A DNA stretch of 62,940 nucleotides, filler included, from Lenisia limosa (lineage: Eukaryota > Protista > Breviatea): the NCBI GenBank assembly GCA_001655205.1. It is 12 parts of 12 records of this genome, joined end to end, with 100 filler letters (N's around TTAATTAATTAA, not from the genome) between each part and the next. Parts side by side here need not be neighbours in the genome. Positions count along the whole stretch, not along the records: positions 47,065 to 48,613 come from LPNZ01004208.1; positions 48,714 to 55,933 come from LPNZ01004295.1; positions 56,034 to 59,157 come from LPNZ01000324.1; positions 59,258 to 61,709 come from LPNZ01005135.1; 8 more parts are not named here. One strand, written 5' to 3'. Under the pieces are notes generated by a model that searched no databases, was not told where the DNA came from, and saw only the letters and a program-made list of their open reading frames with translations. The first letter of the stretch is position 1. Every line of letters starts with the position of its first letter. Made by a program: the position numbers and the translations under genes. Shown piece after piece: positions 47,914 to 60,170 of this stretch.

Positions 47914-47990
47914 TAGAGTGAGCGATATAAGTCTTGACCGATTGTCATAGGAAATCCCATAATAAATCGGGCTTGTCTCCGGCCACTGAA
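47914..47990. mobile_element. MITE family E copy (diverged)
   Basis: GAGTGAGCGATATAAGTCTTGACCGATT...AAATCGGGCTTGTCTCCGGCCACTG. Confidence 0.6.
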
Positions 47991-49019
47991 TACTTTTTTA
48001 TCATGATCAATTGGTATGTATACTATGGGAAAATAGACAGAACTTTATTTCATTTGGATTTTACATTGTCCGTGGACCCTTATCGGACCTTTTATCCTCA
48101 TAGCATCCTCCCTTATCCCTAACCTCTCTCTACAACAAGCTCTACCCTCCAAACCTTCATGATTTTGAAGGCGGTTTCTGGGGTAAAGTGGCTGAACATA
48201 TTGACGATGACCTTCCAATCATTTATCGCCTATGATCGGTCAAATCACGCTTGTCACAAATATTTGGGGCTTCCCTAAGGTCAAAAAAAAATCCGGTAAA
48301 ATATCGATATTTATAAATAATAGATTCCCCATACCCCCGATGTACATGTACATGATATCATCAAAAATAATTCTATTAATAATTATCTACTATATATGCA
48401 TATAGTTACGTATATAATATGTATATATCGATAATATATATATATCTATATAGTATATCTATATATGTACATATACCAAACAAACCCCCCTCCCGTCATT
48501 CCCCCTCTCTACTAATGGGGTAATAAACAGAACACCTACACCAGTAGGTCTCCAAACCAGATTCATTACGTAATCTTAACCGAGCCCCAAATCCATGAAT
48601 TTTGGTCAAAAGTNNNNNNNNNNNNNNNNNNNNNNNNNNNNNNNNNNNNNNNNNNNNTTAATTAATTAANNNNNNNNNNNNNNNNNNNNNNNNNNNNNNN
48701 NNNNNNNNNNNNNGGCATTGAGAAAGAAAGACCTGAGAAAGACAAACGGGACAGGTTTCCTTGAGGTTTCCTTTTGTTATTCTAATTTAATGATGGTAAC
48801 GCCACAAGAGAGACAAAAGGGGAGCAAAAACGGGCAAAACTGGCAAAACTCACCTATAGACGTTTTTTGGGTTTTTAGACCCCCAGTATTAATGCATATT
48901 TAAAGTCAAATCGTGTGAAGAAACTTGTTGTTTGTGCTCAGTTTGTGCTGTTATTATTTGTATATTATAATTATTGTCGTGTAAGATTGTCGGCTGGTAG
49001 AATTTTGAAATAAAAGAGT

Positions 49020-49994
49020 ATGGTGCCCCATTTGAGGAATTTGATATCTGTAATCGGAGATGAGGAGACTGTTACCGGTTTTCTGCTAGCTGGTATTGGA
49101 CATGTGACTCATAACAGCAAGAATTTCCTGATTGTTGATTCAAGTTTGAGGGTAGTCATCTCTCTCTTGTCCCCTGTCTACCGCCTTCCCCTTTCTAAAT
49201 GTATATTGTGATAAAATTAATCTTACCAGAGACGGATTTGGCGACAATTCAATCTACCTTCAAGTAGGGCAGGTTTTTTGCGGTGTTATACTAACCTCCT
49301 TAGGGAACTGGTTTCTCGACCTGACATTGCCATTGTCATTGTTAGCAATCATGTATGTAGGAGTGGGTCTATAGAATAGTTTGTTTTCTTTTGTAGAGTG
49401 AATATTTATCAAACATTGTGGATATCTCGTTTTTATTACATTATGGTGTTGGAGGAGGCGAACTTTAGCAGGATTTTTTTCTCATTTTACATATTCGGGG
49501 TACAAGGTGGACCTTAATTTACGAGGGATGGGGGCATTTTACGGCAAAAACGATTCTTATTATGTTTCTGATGATTTCATGAAGCTTTTGAAAGTAAATC
49601 TGTGCTTCTCTACAAAATATAATCCGTTTGATTGGAGGGCAACGACAGTTTCTGAAAGAAATGGAGTAATTCTTTAGATTGCTGATCAGATTCGGGGTGA
49701 AATTGAGGCCCATCTGGAGATTCACCCTGCGGTTGTGGAGATACCCAGCAAATATCATCCTTATGACCCTGAAAAGGTGCGTGCTGATTTGTATTGATAC
49801 TATCTTGTTATCATGCAAAGAGATTTTTTGTTCTTTTCAGTTTAAAGATCCTCCCCCAATTCAATGTATTATGATGTGTGATTTCTTATATTGATATGTG
49901 CTTAGCTAGGTGCATATGAGTTTGTATCTTCTCAGTTGGATTCACTTTTTAGGATACAATTCTCAGCCGGGTCAATACTATTCTTGGCCTCTAG
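49020..49994 (+). CDS. ATP6V1F: V-type proton ATPase subunit F (5 exons, complete)
   Basis: [115 protein letters not shown]. Contains the diagnostic [13 protein letters not shown] and EIPSK.HPYDP motifs. Confidence 0.95.
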
Positions 49995-50195
49995 CTTCTT
50001 CTTGGTTTGTCGTATCTTTTGAAGTGTCTTAATTGATTACTGATACATATTTCTTCGCTATTCCAAAATCTCCCGAGTGTATGTACTATATATAAGTGTG
50101 TGAATTATGTGGATGCAAGGGTTTCCATTATTTGTTTCTTGAGCATCTGTTGCTCAGGAAAGTAACTCCTTGGAGGAGCCAGCTCATTTTGTATT

Positions 50196-50310
50196 TGAGA
50201 AATAAAAAAATAAGAATGTATCTGGCCGAAGCTGTCCACACCATCACGCTTATCAGAGATAATGGATTATAGAACAATATAAATCACCCAATCAACTCTG
50301 TGCACATTAT
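50196..50310 (+). repeat. Family D dispersed repeat
   Basis: GAGAAATAAAAAAATAAGAATGTATCTGGCCGAAGCTGTCCACACCATCACGCTTATCAGAG...CACCCAATCAACTCTGTGCACA. Confidence 0.75.
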
Positions 50311-50471
50311 TTGTACCAAATATTAATACATCACCGACTGAAATCTCAAAACCTAATATCAAATCTACAACTTACACACATCTAAAAAGTGAGAGGAGTG
50401 TGATATGATAATAAGAAAATTTATTAGCTTCAATTCAGTCCCAAAAAAGAAGATTCTTGATAATATTTTTG

Positions 50472-53400
50472 TTATGTTTCAATGTAGGTAAAACTCTCAC
50501 CATTTTCGCAAGAGTCTTGAAGAAAGTCGGGCAATACCTGGTTTCTTCTTTGATGCCGCCGAAATAATCCTAACATGGTCATGTTTAGCTGGCAAGACTC
50601 AAGAAAACGAACAACACATAATTGCGCCCATATATGCATAGTCATTATGAAGTTTATAATAATAAAAGCCCCCAACCTTGTTGCAGCTCTCGTTGAGGAT
50701 CTCAGGGATCTTTTGCGGCTCCCCTGGTTCTCTTCCTCCTCTTCCCTCTTTCTCTTCAGGGTTTCTTGTAATTCTTCATTTTTCCTCTCCTCCTCCCGCT
50801 TCTCTTCTTCAAGCCTGGTTCTTTCTTCCTCCTTCATTTTCTCATCCCTTCGTTTTTCTTCCTCCTTCCTTTTCTCCTCTTCCCTTCGTTGTTCATCTTC
50901 CCTTTTTTTTTCTTCCCTTCGTTTTTCTTCTTCTCTTCGTTGTTCATCTTCCCTTTCTTCTTCCCTTCGTTTTTCTTCCATCTCCATCTCCCTTTCTTTC
51001 CTTCTCGACTCTTCTTCTTTCTTCTTCTCATTCTCTTTCTTCACCTCTTCTATCCTCTTTTTCTTATCGTCCAGCCTTCTGTGTTCTTCTTTCTTCTTCG
51101 CTATCTGCTTCTTCTCTTCATCTATTTTCTTGGTCTCCACATCGCAAATTTGATTTTCACTGTCTTTCCTCTCTTTTCCTTCCTTCTTCAGTTTTTCACT
51201 TCTCTCCAAGTCTCTTTTGAGTCTATTCTCTCTGAAACGCCTTTCCTTTTCTTCTCTTTTCTTCTTTTCCTCCTTCAGTCTCTTCTGCTTCTCCTCACGC
51301 AATTCCAATTCCTTGGCTTCCTCAATCTTCTTTTCCCTTTTCTTTTCTTCTTGCACTAACCTCTCCTTCTCTTGCATTTCCTTTTTCTTCTTCTCTTTTA
51401 ACGGATCAAACTTGTACAGTGAATTTGGTCCAATGGGCAAAGAGGGCTCGGGGGTCCTCTCCTTCTCTGGTCTATTGTGTTAGTAATCATTATGACTCAG
51501 AGTTTAAACAACAAAACAAGAATGTCGATTTAACCAGTGATCAATAGCAGATGATGCAATGCAGGCCCACTCTGGTGCGGGGGAAAGGGACTTCTGGTTC
51601 CGATGACTCATGGAAGGAAGGGTTAATGGGGTGGACTTGGTTGATTTGGGTACTGAAGGGGTTGATTTGGGTAATACTGGGGATGAGGTTGGTTTGGGCA
51701 TTGATGGTGCGGGGTTTTTGGGTAATGAGGAGGGCGGTTTCGACATTGCTGGGGGAGCTCTTGATGATGCTGGTGTCGGCCTGGTACTTATACCTAGTGG
51801 AATGAGACATAAACAGAGACCGTGTTAAGGAGTGAATGAAAGGAGATATAACACAAATGCAAGGGGGAGGAGCGATGGAAAATTTCGAAAAGTAGAACAA
51901 ACCTGGAGGTGCAGCTAAGGTTGGGGCTTTGGCTAAAACAGTCAGCCGGAATCTCGAGAAAAATCCTCATCAACAGTTGAAGCTGAGTTACACAATCACG
52001 TTTCAAAAAGCAAAACAAAAAAACGTATTTGCAGTGAAGTCTCTATGGATCATAACAATAGTACTGCATGATGAGAAAGAGAATAACAGATGATGTTAAT
52101 AATCAAGAAAAACCATTATATTTCCCCAGTCTTTCTGATTACCGTAGGATCAACCCCCCCTCCCTACGTATCGGGGTGCCTAGTCCAGGGGGTGCAGATT
52201 GTGTAAGAACGACCGGGGTCTGTCTGAGTTAGTGGGAAAAGTGTAAAGAAAGGCAAATAGAGGTTTTTTGTGAAGCAGTCATCATGTTTTTTTTAAAATG
52301 AAAAGTTAATACAAACCCTCTTTTCATTAAAAAAAAAAGAAACATTGTTTAATATTCACATATTAAACAATGTTTCAATTTTTTGTTTTTTTTAATGAAA
52401 ACACTTCATCCCATCACAATTTGGGGAGGGGGGTCACTTGGAGGTGCTGAAGGAGACTTGGAAGGGGCAAGGCTAGGGAGTCAAGAGCAGATAACGTGAG
52501 ATATAAGAAGGAATCCAAAAACCATCCAACATAACTCTTACTTTTTTTTAAAAAAGGCTCGATTGATTTGAGCGGTTTTTATCGAAATGGAAGACAAATA
52601 ATAATCTCATGATTGAAGTAAAAGAGTAATAGTAACTCACAATGGTGAAGCCTTGCGCAGTGATGATGGTGGAGACATGGGGGGAGATGGGCTTCTTGCT
52701 TCAGCCAAATGGCACGTCTCATCTTCTTGAAACTGGCCTGGGTGGGTAAGGGGCTCTTCTTCGACATCGACGTCGCTCTCACTCGAGCTGTCAGGGTCTA
52801 GGGGCAGCGGGTCCTCCTTGGGGGCAAAAATGACCTTGAATAACGGGGAAGGCGAACGTTCTTTGTAGTTCTCCAAACCTTCTTTGTCAGACAAAAGTCA
52901 GAGTATAATAATATAAAAATCTCCCTGACCCCGAAGGATGAGTAAATTTCACGATTAACAGAATTCTCCCATTATTGACAACTTTCATTTACGTAAAATC
53001 TATGAGTCAACAGTATGGATGGTAATAGGTACAATTGGACCATATAAAAAACTAATCACACAGTCCCTAGCCACAGCCTACCAGGCGGTGGAGCATCAGT
53101 GTCAATTGGCATAATGAACTGTGGAGGCGACTTAACGCGGAAAGGGTTCCGTTTTGCAGGCGAATTATCAACAGGAGGGGAAACATTGGAGATAAGTTGG
53201 TGGCGAGGGGGCGGAGGAGGAACCGGGTTGAGAACTGGAGAAAACTGTCTCTCCAGTAGCGGCTGGGCGTTCAGTTTTGGAGTTGGACGCTGTGAGATGG
53301 CTTTGAGCATGCTTTTCATGCCGACATTGGTCCGAAGTTCAGAGAGTTCAACATCTGGGCTACTCTCAGGGTCATCCTGTTGCGGCATTGGGGTATTTCT

Positions 53401-54628
53401 GGAGTTTATGGAGTGCTTGATGAGCCCTAAAAGTGTAAGTCGACAAGTGTAAGAAGAGCTCAAAAACCCATGGAATGTGAGACAAAAAGACATTATGATA
53501 AACATCAAAGAACATCCATCTATTGTCGACTACTCTTCAAACGTGTCATTTAATATTTACAATAAGAGGTCTGTTATTGAGAAATAATAATTTGAAACCT
53601 AACATAAACATTGATAGCGCATTCAGCATACCTGGAGGGGCCGGGAAAAGAGGGTCGAAGTCATTGACAGGGACATCAGCAGGTGCGGTCATGGAGATAT
53701 TATCAGGATGGTGTAATCCAAAGTCCCGCATTGGGTTGGGTGGAGGGAGTGTTGACTGTTTGGGGGGAGCAGGAGCCGGGGGTTTCTCTTCGAGAACAGG
53801 GTGGCGATATGATGGTGATGGAAACATGGGGGTGCCAGGCTGGCTAGAGGAATTGGAGGGATATGTTTGGACCTTTCGTTGGAGAGGATTGATGGGATGA
53901 GGAGGCGCAGTTTGCCCACTATCTTTTCGATTCAGACGAGACTCACTTAGCAATCTCACCTTCTGCAACAGGTTGTTGGCCGCGTCTTCCTTTGGTGGTG
54001 AAGTTGCCCTTCGAGGCTTTGGCGTTGGCACGTCTTGCGTGGGTGGGATCATGGGGCGGGCAAGCATAACAACTTCGCGGGGTGGGGCTGGCGGTTTTGG
54101 TTTCGGAATTATCACATCGTCGGAAAAAACGGCCCTTTCAATGACGCGAGGAGGTACAGGTTGTTGCTGGAGAACGGATAGCATAAGTGGCGGTGGCATC
54201 GGCATTGGGATGGCAGGCTGGAGCGGCATAGGGGGCATGGGAAAGCTCGGCTGCTCGATCCCCAGCTGTGCGTTGATACAGTCCTGCTCTAAGAGCTCGG
54301 TTTCGTCAAAAGATATAGCGCTGGTCTGGGGAGGGGAGCTAATGGGGGGAGGCTGCTGTCCTGGCATGAATGGAAGTGGAGGGAGAGAGGGGGTAATTGT
54401 NNNNNNNNNNNNNNNNNNNNNNNNNNNNNNNNNNNNNNNNNNNNNNNNNNNNNNNNNNNNNNNNNNNNNNNNNNNNNNNNNNNNNNNNGCATTCCTTGCG
54501 ATTGGCTTCGTGATAGCATTCAAGGATCCAGCCTGAACTCTTGCGGAGTCATCCTTGGCTTCGTTGGTGATGCAGTCCAGGAAGCCCATTGCATCCTCGA
54601 TGTGCTCTTTTCGAATCCTTTCGCTCAT
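50472..54628 (-). CDS. Large low-complexity protein (Pro/Ser-rich N-terminal part, Lys/Glu/Arg-rich C-terminal part)
   Basis: ORFs 53546-54628, 53056-53508, 52637-52894, 51504-51746 and 50472-51440 are all on the minus strand and separated by AT-rich introns. Contains polyproline runs and EEEKRREEEK repeats. Confidence 0.75.
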
Positions 54629-55462
54629 TACTATAAAGTCAGACCATCAGTGATGCTGAGAATTAACATTGAGAAATTGACAAAGAATTATTTATTACGT
54701 TTTTTTTCAGGTGTAAATTGGATAGGACAGGATGAAAGGGTGATTTGAAGGGGTGATTTGCAGGAGATACTACAGAATTATATTTTTACATCGAAATAGT
54801 TCAACACAACTATAAATCAATCATTCCCCTTACTCAGTTCACTGAATCAGTCGTAAGGTAGGTGTTACATCGGTAACCTGGTAAACTCCGCAGTAAATAT
54901 TAGTAATTTAGCAATACGCCTTCAATTGCAATGAGGCAAGCGAAGGAAACAGGTTGTGGGGTACAGAAAAACACGAATGACGGAGCTCATCAACAGAAAA
55001 CCATCAAAAACTTATACATAAACATAAACAAATTACAGTTTTAGAGGATAAATAGCCTGGATTTTGAATGGAGAAGAGGAGTTAAGAGTTGTACCAGTTA
55101 TTCCTATTTAAATTCGAGACTATATTTTGAAAATGTGTAAAGCCACTGTTTGAATTTAATTAACACTATGATGCACCCTGGAATGCAACAACAGCCTGCA
55201 GTTATGAAGGAGAAAGACTTGATCATCTCGATGAAGAAGAACGCAGTTATCTTCTTTGGAGCTGTTGCTCTTCTTGAGCTTGGCGCTCAAGTCTTAGAAA
55301 TGTTATCATGGTTTGTGCCCCGTTTTTGTCAGATTGTTTAGTTCTAACTTCCTTTTTAGAGTACCTTTCATCACCTTTACCGTTGAAAACGCACTAATTA
55401 AGTTTTATTGTGGAATTGACACATAAATGGAACATTGGTAACATTGTCCTCGACAAATCTAC

Positions 55463-55933
55463 TCTTTGGTTTCAAGAAGGGTGTGGCTCTTTGTGATCTC
55501 CTCCCAAGTCGTCTCCATAGACACGATGTCTCTGCAGATGTTCACAAGCTCGTCAATCTAAACAAGTCATCACGAGATGAACTGAGGTGACCCTCAATTT
55601 AGCACCACAAACATGGACACGAATCTGCTGTTGGGAGTCGCGCTCACGAACGGTCACGGTGTCCTTCAAGTCCGTCTCGCCCATGGTGTCGAAGTCGACT
55701 GTCACAGCAAGGGGGGTTCCGACCTGGGGTTTGACAATGAGAAGGTTTATAATATACCTGGGGGGAGGAGGCTAACGATACAGTTGGCTTCTGTGGGAAG
55801 GTAGTTTCACCCAAATAAGGTTGGTATACTTGTTTCGTTTCCCCCAGGGCCAACCTCGTCGTTCCTTGAATAGCGTCTTCCAATGGACTGACCACAGTCA
55901 TCAATCTTGGCTGTCAGGCCGGCCCTGCGCAGC
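55463..55933 (-). CDS. GARS1: Glycyl-tRNA synthetase (eukaryotic homodimeric type), C-terminal anticodon-binding domain only
   Basis: [84 protein letters not shown] matches the GlyRS SIGRRYARTDE.G..f.vT.DFDT...T.R.RDS..Q.R pattern. The 5' part is cut by the spacer at 55934. Confidence 0.9.
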
Positions 55934-56033
55934 NNNNNNNNNNNNNNNNNNNNNNNNNNNNNNNNNNNNNNNNNNNNTTAATTAATTAANNNNNNNNNNN
56001 NNNNNNNNNNNNNNNNNNNNNNNNNNNNNNNNN

Positions 56034-56190
56034 ACCATCATCGCCACCACCATCATCATCACCACCACCATCATCATCACCATCAACATCAACAACACCA
56101 TCACATCACTATCATCATCAACAACAATAACAACATCACCATCACATCATCATTATCCTCACCAACACCATCATAATTGTCGTTATCATT
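56034..56190. repeat. Imperfect (CAC/CAT/CAA)n trinucleotide repeat
   Basis: ACCATCATCGCCACCACCATCATCATCACC... seen directly. Confidence 0.85.
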
Positions 56191-56369
56191 AGCGTTATCC
56201 CCCAGGTACTCCGAGCAATGATCAACGAAATGCACTACTCAAAACAGTGTCGGAGAAATGGGGTAACCCGTGACCTGCTGCACCCAACAGTTATAGAGTG
56301 GGAGGGGGGCGGTTTCCTCATGAGACATTATTAGATATCTAGGGAAAGAATTAAATACATAGGGAAGTG

Positions 56370-56465
56370 GGGCTTTCTTATGGTCCCAAAAAAGACTGAA
56401 TCTCCCGATAAATCCTCGATAAATATCGATATATAAACGTTCTTTTTCGGACCGTAGGGAAACCC
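56370..56465. mobile_element. MITE subfamily B copy
   Basis: GGGCTTTCTTATGGTCCC...CGGACCGTAGGGAAACCC. Confidence 0.8.
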
Positions 56466-56559
56466 AAATAATGAGGGATTGGGGGGAGGGGTACTGTTAG
56501 AAGGTGGGCCTGTTTCCCCCAACTATTGCTGATCACATTTTTATTCTAAAACACTGTTG

Positions 56560-56670
56560 TATCTTATAAGCATGATGGTGTTGTGGACGGCTTCTGCCAG
56601 ATACTTTAATCCAATATCTCATATAAGCGTGATGGTAGGAACGGCTTCGGCCAGACACAACCTTATTTGA
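56560..56670 (-). repeat. Two tandem partial family D copies
   Basis: TTATAAGCATGATGGTGTTGTGGACGGCTTCTGCCAGATAC and ATAAGCGTGATGGTAGGAACGGCTTCGGCCAGACACAACCTTATTT. Confidence 0.7.
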
Positions 56671-57042
56671 ATTCCCATTCCTCCAAACAATCTCATACCA
56701 TATCATATATCATGATATAATCCCATTAGATTAAGCGAGGTGTTTAACCCGAAAAACACTGAGTGGAGGAGGGACGCTGTGCAACTGTCCGGAAAACACA
56801 TATCGGAGGCTGCAGCTGGATGTATGGGGGACATTTTTTGTTTTGTTTTGTTGTTGTTTTTTTGGCTCTTTTTGTATCCCGTCCTATTCACAATACCCCC
56901 CTCGCCTCTTATTCAATAAAAAGCTGGGTCATATTTCCTCAAGTCATATATGACTTCCTACATATATAATTTGAAACTAATCTTGACATTTCAATTTTGT
57001 GGAATCAGAGATATTTGATTCTCGTATAGTATTAATATTACC

Positions 57043-57123
57043 AGGGATTTCCTAAAAAAAAAACTGAATTTCTCGATAAAACTAGATATTTCACTGGTCT
57101 TTTTCGGACCGAAGGGAAGTCCC
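57043..57123. mobile_element. MITE subfamily B copy
   Basis: GGGATTTCCT...GGTCTTTTTCGGACCGAAGGGAAGTCCC. Confidence 0.7.
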
Positions 57124-57152
57124 ATCATTACCTTACAAAGGCATTAATAGTA

Positions 57153-57249
57153 GGACTTCACTTCGGTTCTAAAAAGACTGGTACAATATCGACAGTTTTC
57201 GAAGATTTATTCGAGAAATTCAGTCTTTTTTGGAACCGAAGTGAAGCCG
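57153..57249. mobile_element. MITE family A copy
   Basis: TA|GGACTTCACTTCGGTTC...GAACCGAAGTGAAGCCG|TA. Confidence 0.85.
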
Positions 57250-58132
57250 TAATAATTGTTCAGTTTGGAGCCAGGAATTCGGGAACTGAGTTCGTCCGTG
57301 ACGCTCCTTTGCGTTCTTGTTATTATTTGATGGTCAACATGCATGGTATTCTATTATTCAAATCAAATTCACGGGCTTCGGCATATCATGTCTCATTGTG
57401 ACGGCAGTTGGGGTGGGGGGTATTGGAAAATATGGCAACTTCTATGATTTTTTTTTTTTATATTCTAGGTCCCAGAAATTTCTACAATCCTAGAAACCAG
57501 GGAGGGTAAAAGGAAGAGTAGAACAAGATTGTGATCTCTCTCTCTGCTGTAAAAACCTTTTTTTTTGGGGCTTGTGAACTTTTTCAAATATGCCCAATTA
57601 AAACATAAACTGTGTCTCATCAGCAGTTCCAACGTTCGTGATAACACTAAAACCACAACCACCAGAGATTTCGTTGATGAAGTTAAAAGTAAGTTTAGTA
57701 TGCTAGAGTAAAGCTAAAAAAAAGTAGTAACAAGAGGTCTTACCTTCGCCTATGTAAGGTGAAAATCGTTTACCATCCTGCTTTAGAAATATTAGTACAT
57801 ATGATATGATATGCATCACGCTTCTTTTTTTGAATAATTTCTTGAGATCCGTGTAATTAATTAAGTGAAATAGTAATTTCAAAATTTGAAGGGCAATGTA
57901 AACTCAATTTCCAAATTTTGTCAATTATTTTCTACAATAAATTAGTTGCGAGTTCTAATAATATTAGTAGAGATTCACCCAATCATTTGCCTTACAAATT
58001 TTTACTTTTTCAATAAATAACCTGGAAAATGATAGTTTACACGCGTGAAAATGACCCAAGAAGAATTGCTTAATAATATATGATAAATAACAGCTGCAAC
58101 ACAACATAAACATAACATTCACATAGAGTACC

Positions 58133-59157
58133 TTAGAGGTCCTTCATCGTAAAGGACTGGGTGAGAGGCGTGATAGGAGTCACGGGGGCTCTGTCTCCCT
58201 TTCTCTCCCCTTCATCAACATCATCATCATCGTCAACTACTACCGAGAGAGCTTGTCGTTCTGGGATTGGTGAGAAGTTACTAGCTATATTAAGGGTTTC
58301 ACTTCGGTTCGAAAAAAGACTGAGTTTCTCGAAATCCTCGACAATTATCGATATTTTACCGATATTTTTCGAACCGAAGTGAAGTTCTAAATGTATAAAG
58401 TAGATATATTTATTTCTCTTGCTCAAAAATAATTCCATAACCCCTCTCTTTTTATGGCTCATCTAAAAAGGGGTGGCAGCGTTTGTAGATAAAAAAAAGT
58501 GATAAAAGTGGTATTTTAATGAACAAAATTTAAAAAGAAAAGGTTAATTTTGCAACAACAGACGTGTGTTTAAAGAGCCACCTCATTTTAGAAAGGCTCT
58601 CTTTTTAGTTTCAGACCTCCGACTTGATACCCCACATACCCGGAACCTCATTGACAGCCACTCTCTTCTCGCCTGTTGCCCCTGTTGCCACTTCCTCAGC
58701 GGAGAGTATCGAAGATTCCGAGGGGTGTGGCGCCGATAATTCCTCGACCAATGAGTCGCCAACGTCCGAGTTCTCATTTCTGCGCGGGGGGAGGAGTAAA
58801 AAAACGGAATTTGAGAGCAGGGGGGAGATTGAGGAATATATGAAACAAAAAAATGCCCAAAATAATAACAGCAACATTAAGGATAAGCAAAAAAAGAAAC
58901 CGGTGCCTACGTGCTTGTAGAAACGGCTAACGACGCCGGTGTTGCCACGGGCTGAAGCACACGAGGTTCCAGGGGCTCCGGGGTAACTGTTGGATCGGGA
59001 GTAGAAACGGGACCCAGGGATGAAATTAGGGGTCCCGGGGATGATGAAAGCGCGCTGAGTGTTGCGGAGAGAAGGGGGGACTTTTCAGAGCGGATGATTG
59101 AGGGGGTCAGAGCTTGGGAGAAGGGCGACTGGTCTGGTGCCGTGTAGCTGGTTTCTC
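58133..59157 (-). CDS. Ser/Pro/acidic low-complexity gene fragment
   Basis: Exons GPVSTPDPTVTPEPLEPRVLQPVATPASLAVSTS, NSDVGDSLVEELSAPHPSESSILSAEEVATGATGEKRVAVNEVPG and QALSVVVDDDDDVDEGERKGDRAPVTPITPLTQSF. Confidence 0.55.
58294..58387. mobile_element. MITE family A copy
   Basis: GGGTTTCACTTCGGTTCG...CGAACCGAAGTGAAGTTC|TA. Confidence 0.85.
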
Positions 59158-60094
59158 NNNNNNNNNNNNNNNNNNNNNNNNNNNNNNNNNNNNNNNNNNN
59201 NTTAATTAATTAANNNNNNNNNNNNNNNNNNNNNNNNNNNNNNNNNNNNNNNNNNNNTATCTGGGGGTATTGGATTTAAAGGGGGTGAAGGAGGAGGAGA
59301 GGGCAATAGGTTATGACTAAGTCCTGCTCCAGTTGAAAAAAAAAGAGACTGATTGACGCGATAAATATTTCGGTATTTTATCGTTATTTTTGGTACAAGA
59401 GTGAAGCACTGGTTAGGACCAAAAAACGGAAGACTAAAAACAAAAAAGAATTTTTTTTTATACACCTTAATGATTANNNNNNNNNNNNNNNNNNNNNNNN
59501 NNNNNNNNNNNNNNNNNNNNNNNNNNNNNNNNNNNNNNNNNNNNNNNNNNNNNNNNNNNNNNNNNNNNNNNNNNNNNNNNNNNNNNNNNNNNNNNNNNNN
59601 NNNNNNNNNNNNNNNNNNNNNNNNNNNNNNNNNNNNNNNNNNNNNNNNNTAGCCGCCAAGTAGAAGAAGGCCTAAAAAGTAAGGCACCGTGCAATTGATT
59701 GAAAAATTAATCGATAATGTAAGGCGTGCAATTAATTGAAAAATGAATTGAAAAATGAATTGCAAAATTGGAGACATATTGCATCATCTCAATTTCAGCT
59801 TCAAAAAACAAATACAAGGAGTCCTACAGTTAAAAGGGATAATTAGAAAAAACCTGGGGGAGGGAAGAGTATGTGGTGTACATATGTGTTGATTGCTGGG
59901 TTCCGATAAAATAGAATGCCTGTTCAATATTGAATGTATAGAAAAATGTTCAACATAGTTTTCAAGAAAATTGTTCAAGAACTCCACACCCCAATCACTT
60001 CCATTTCTTTGGGCTCATTTGACTCCACTTCTTGAAGTTCGTAGTCGGTGTGGCTTGTCTGTTGCTCTCTTCTGAGGGGTGAATATATAAATCA

Positions 60095-60170
60095 TTGCGG
60101 AGTAAAATTGGGAAATTTATGAAACAAAAAAGCCCGAAATCAACTCTGTTGGCTGACAACACACATGGGT
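60095..60170 (+). repeat. Dispersed repeat family I (end motif; often abuts N runs)
   Basis: GAGTAAAATTGGGAAATTTATGAAACAAAAAAGCCC is also at ~18710, ~22150 and ~22678, and in reverse at ~36895-36930 and ~45815-45845. Confidence 0.65.

Noticed and set aside
47780-48240. Voltage-gated channel S4-S5-like peptides (FLLLRVSLR; ILKAVSGVKWL)
   Set aside because: Reading frames are ambiguous and the regular Arg spacing is absent; exons left unassigned.
50575-51483. Phe/Ser/Leu-rich plus-strand ORFs in the ORF track
   Set aside because: They are antisense shadows of the Lys/Glu-rich minus-strand exon.
56190-57700. Kinase-like plus-strand gene (IKFTGFG)
   Set aside because: Probable exons exist, but no consistent frame or other kinase motifs could be assembled.
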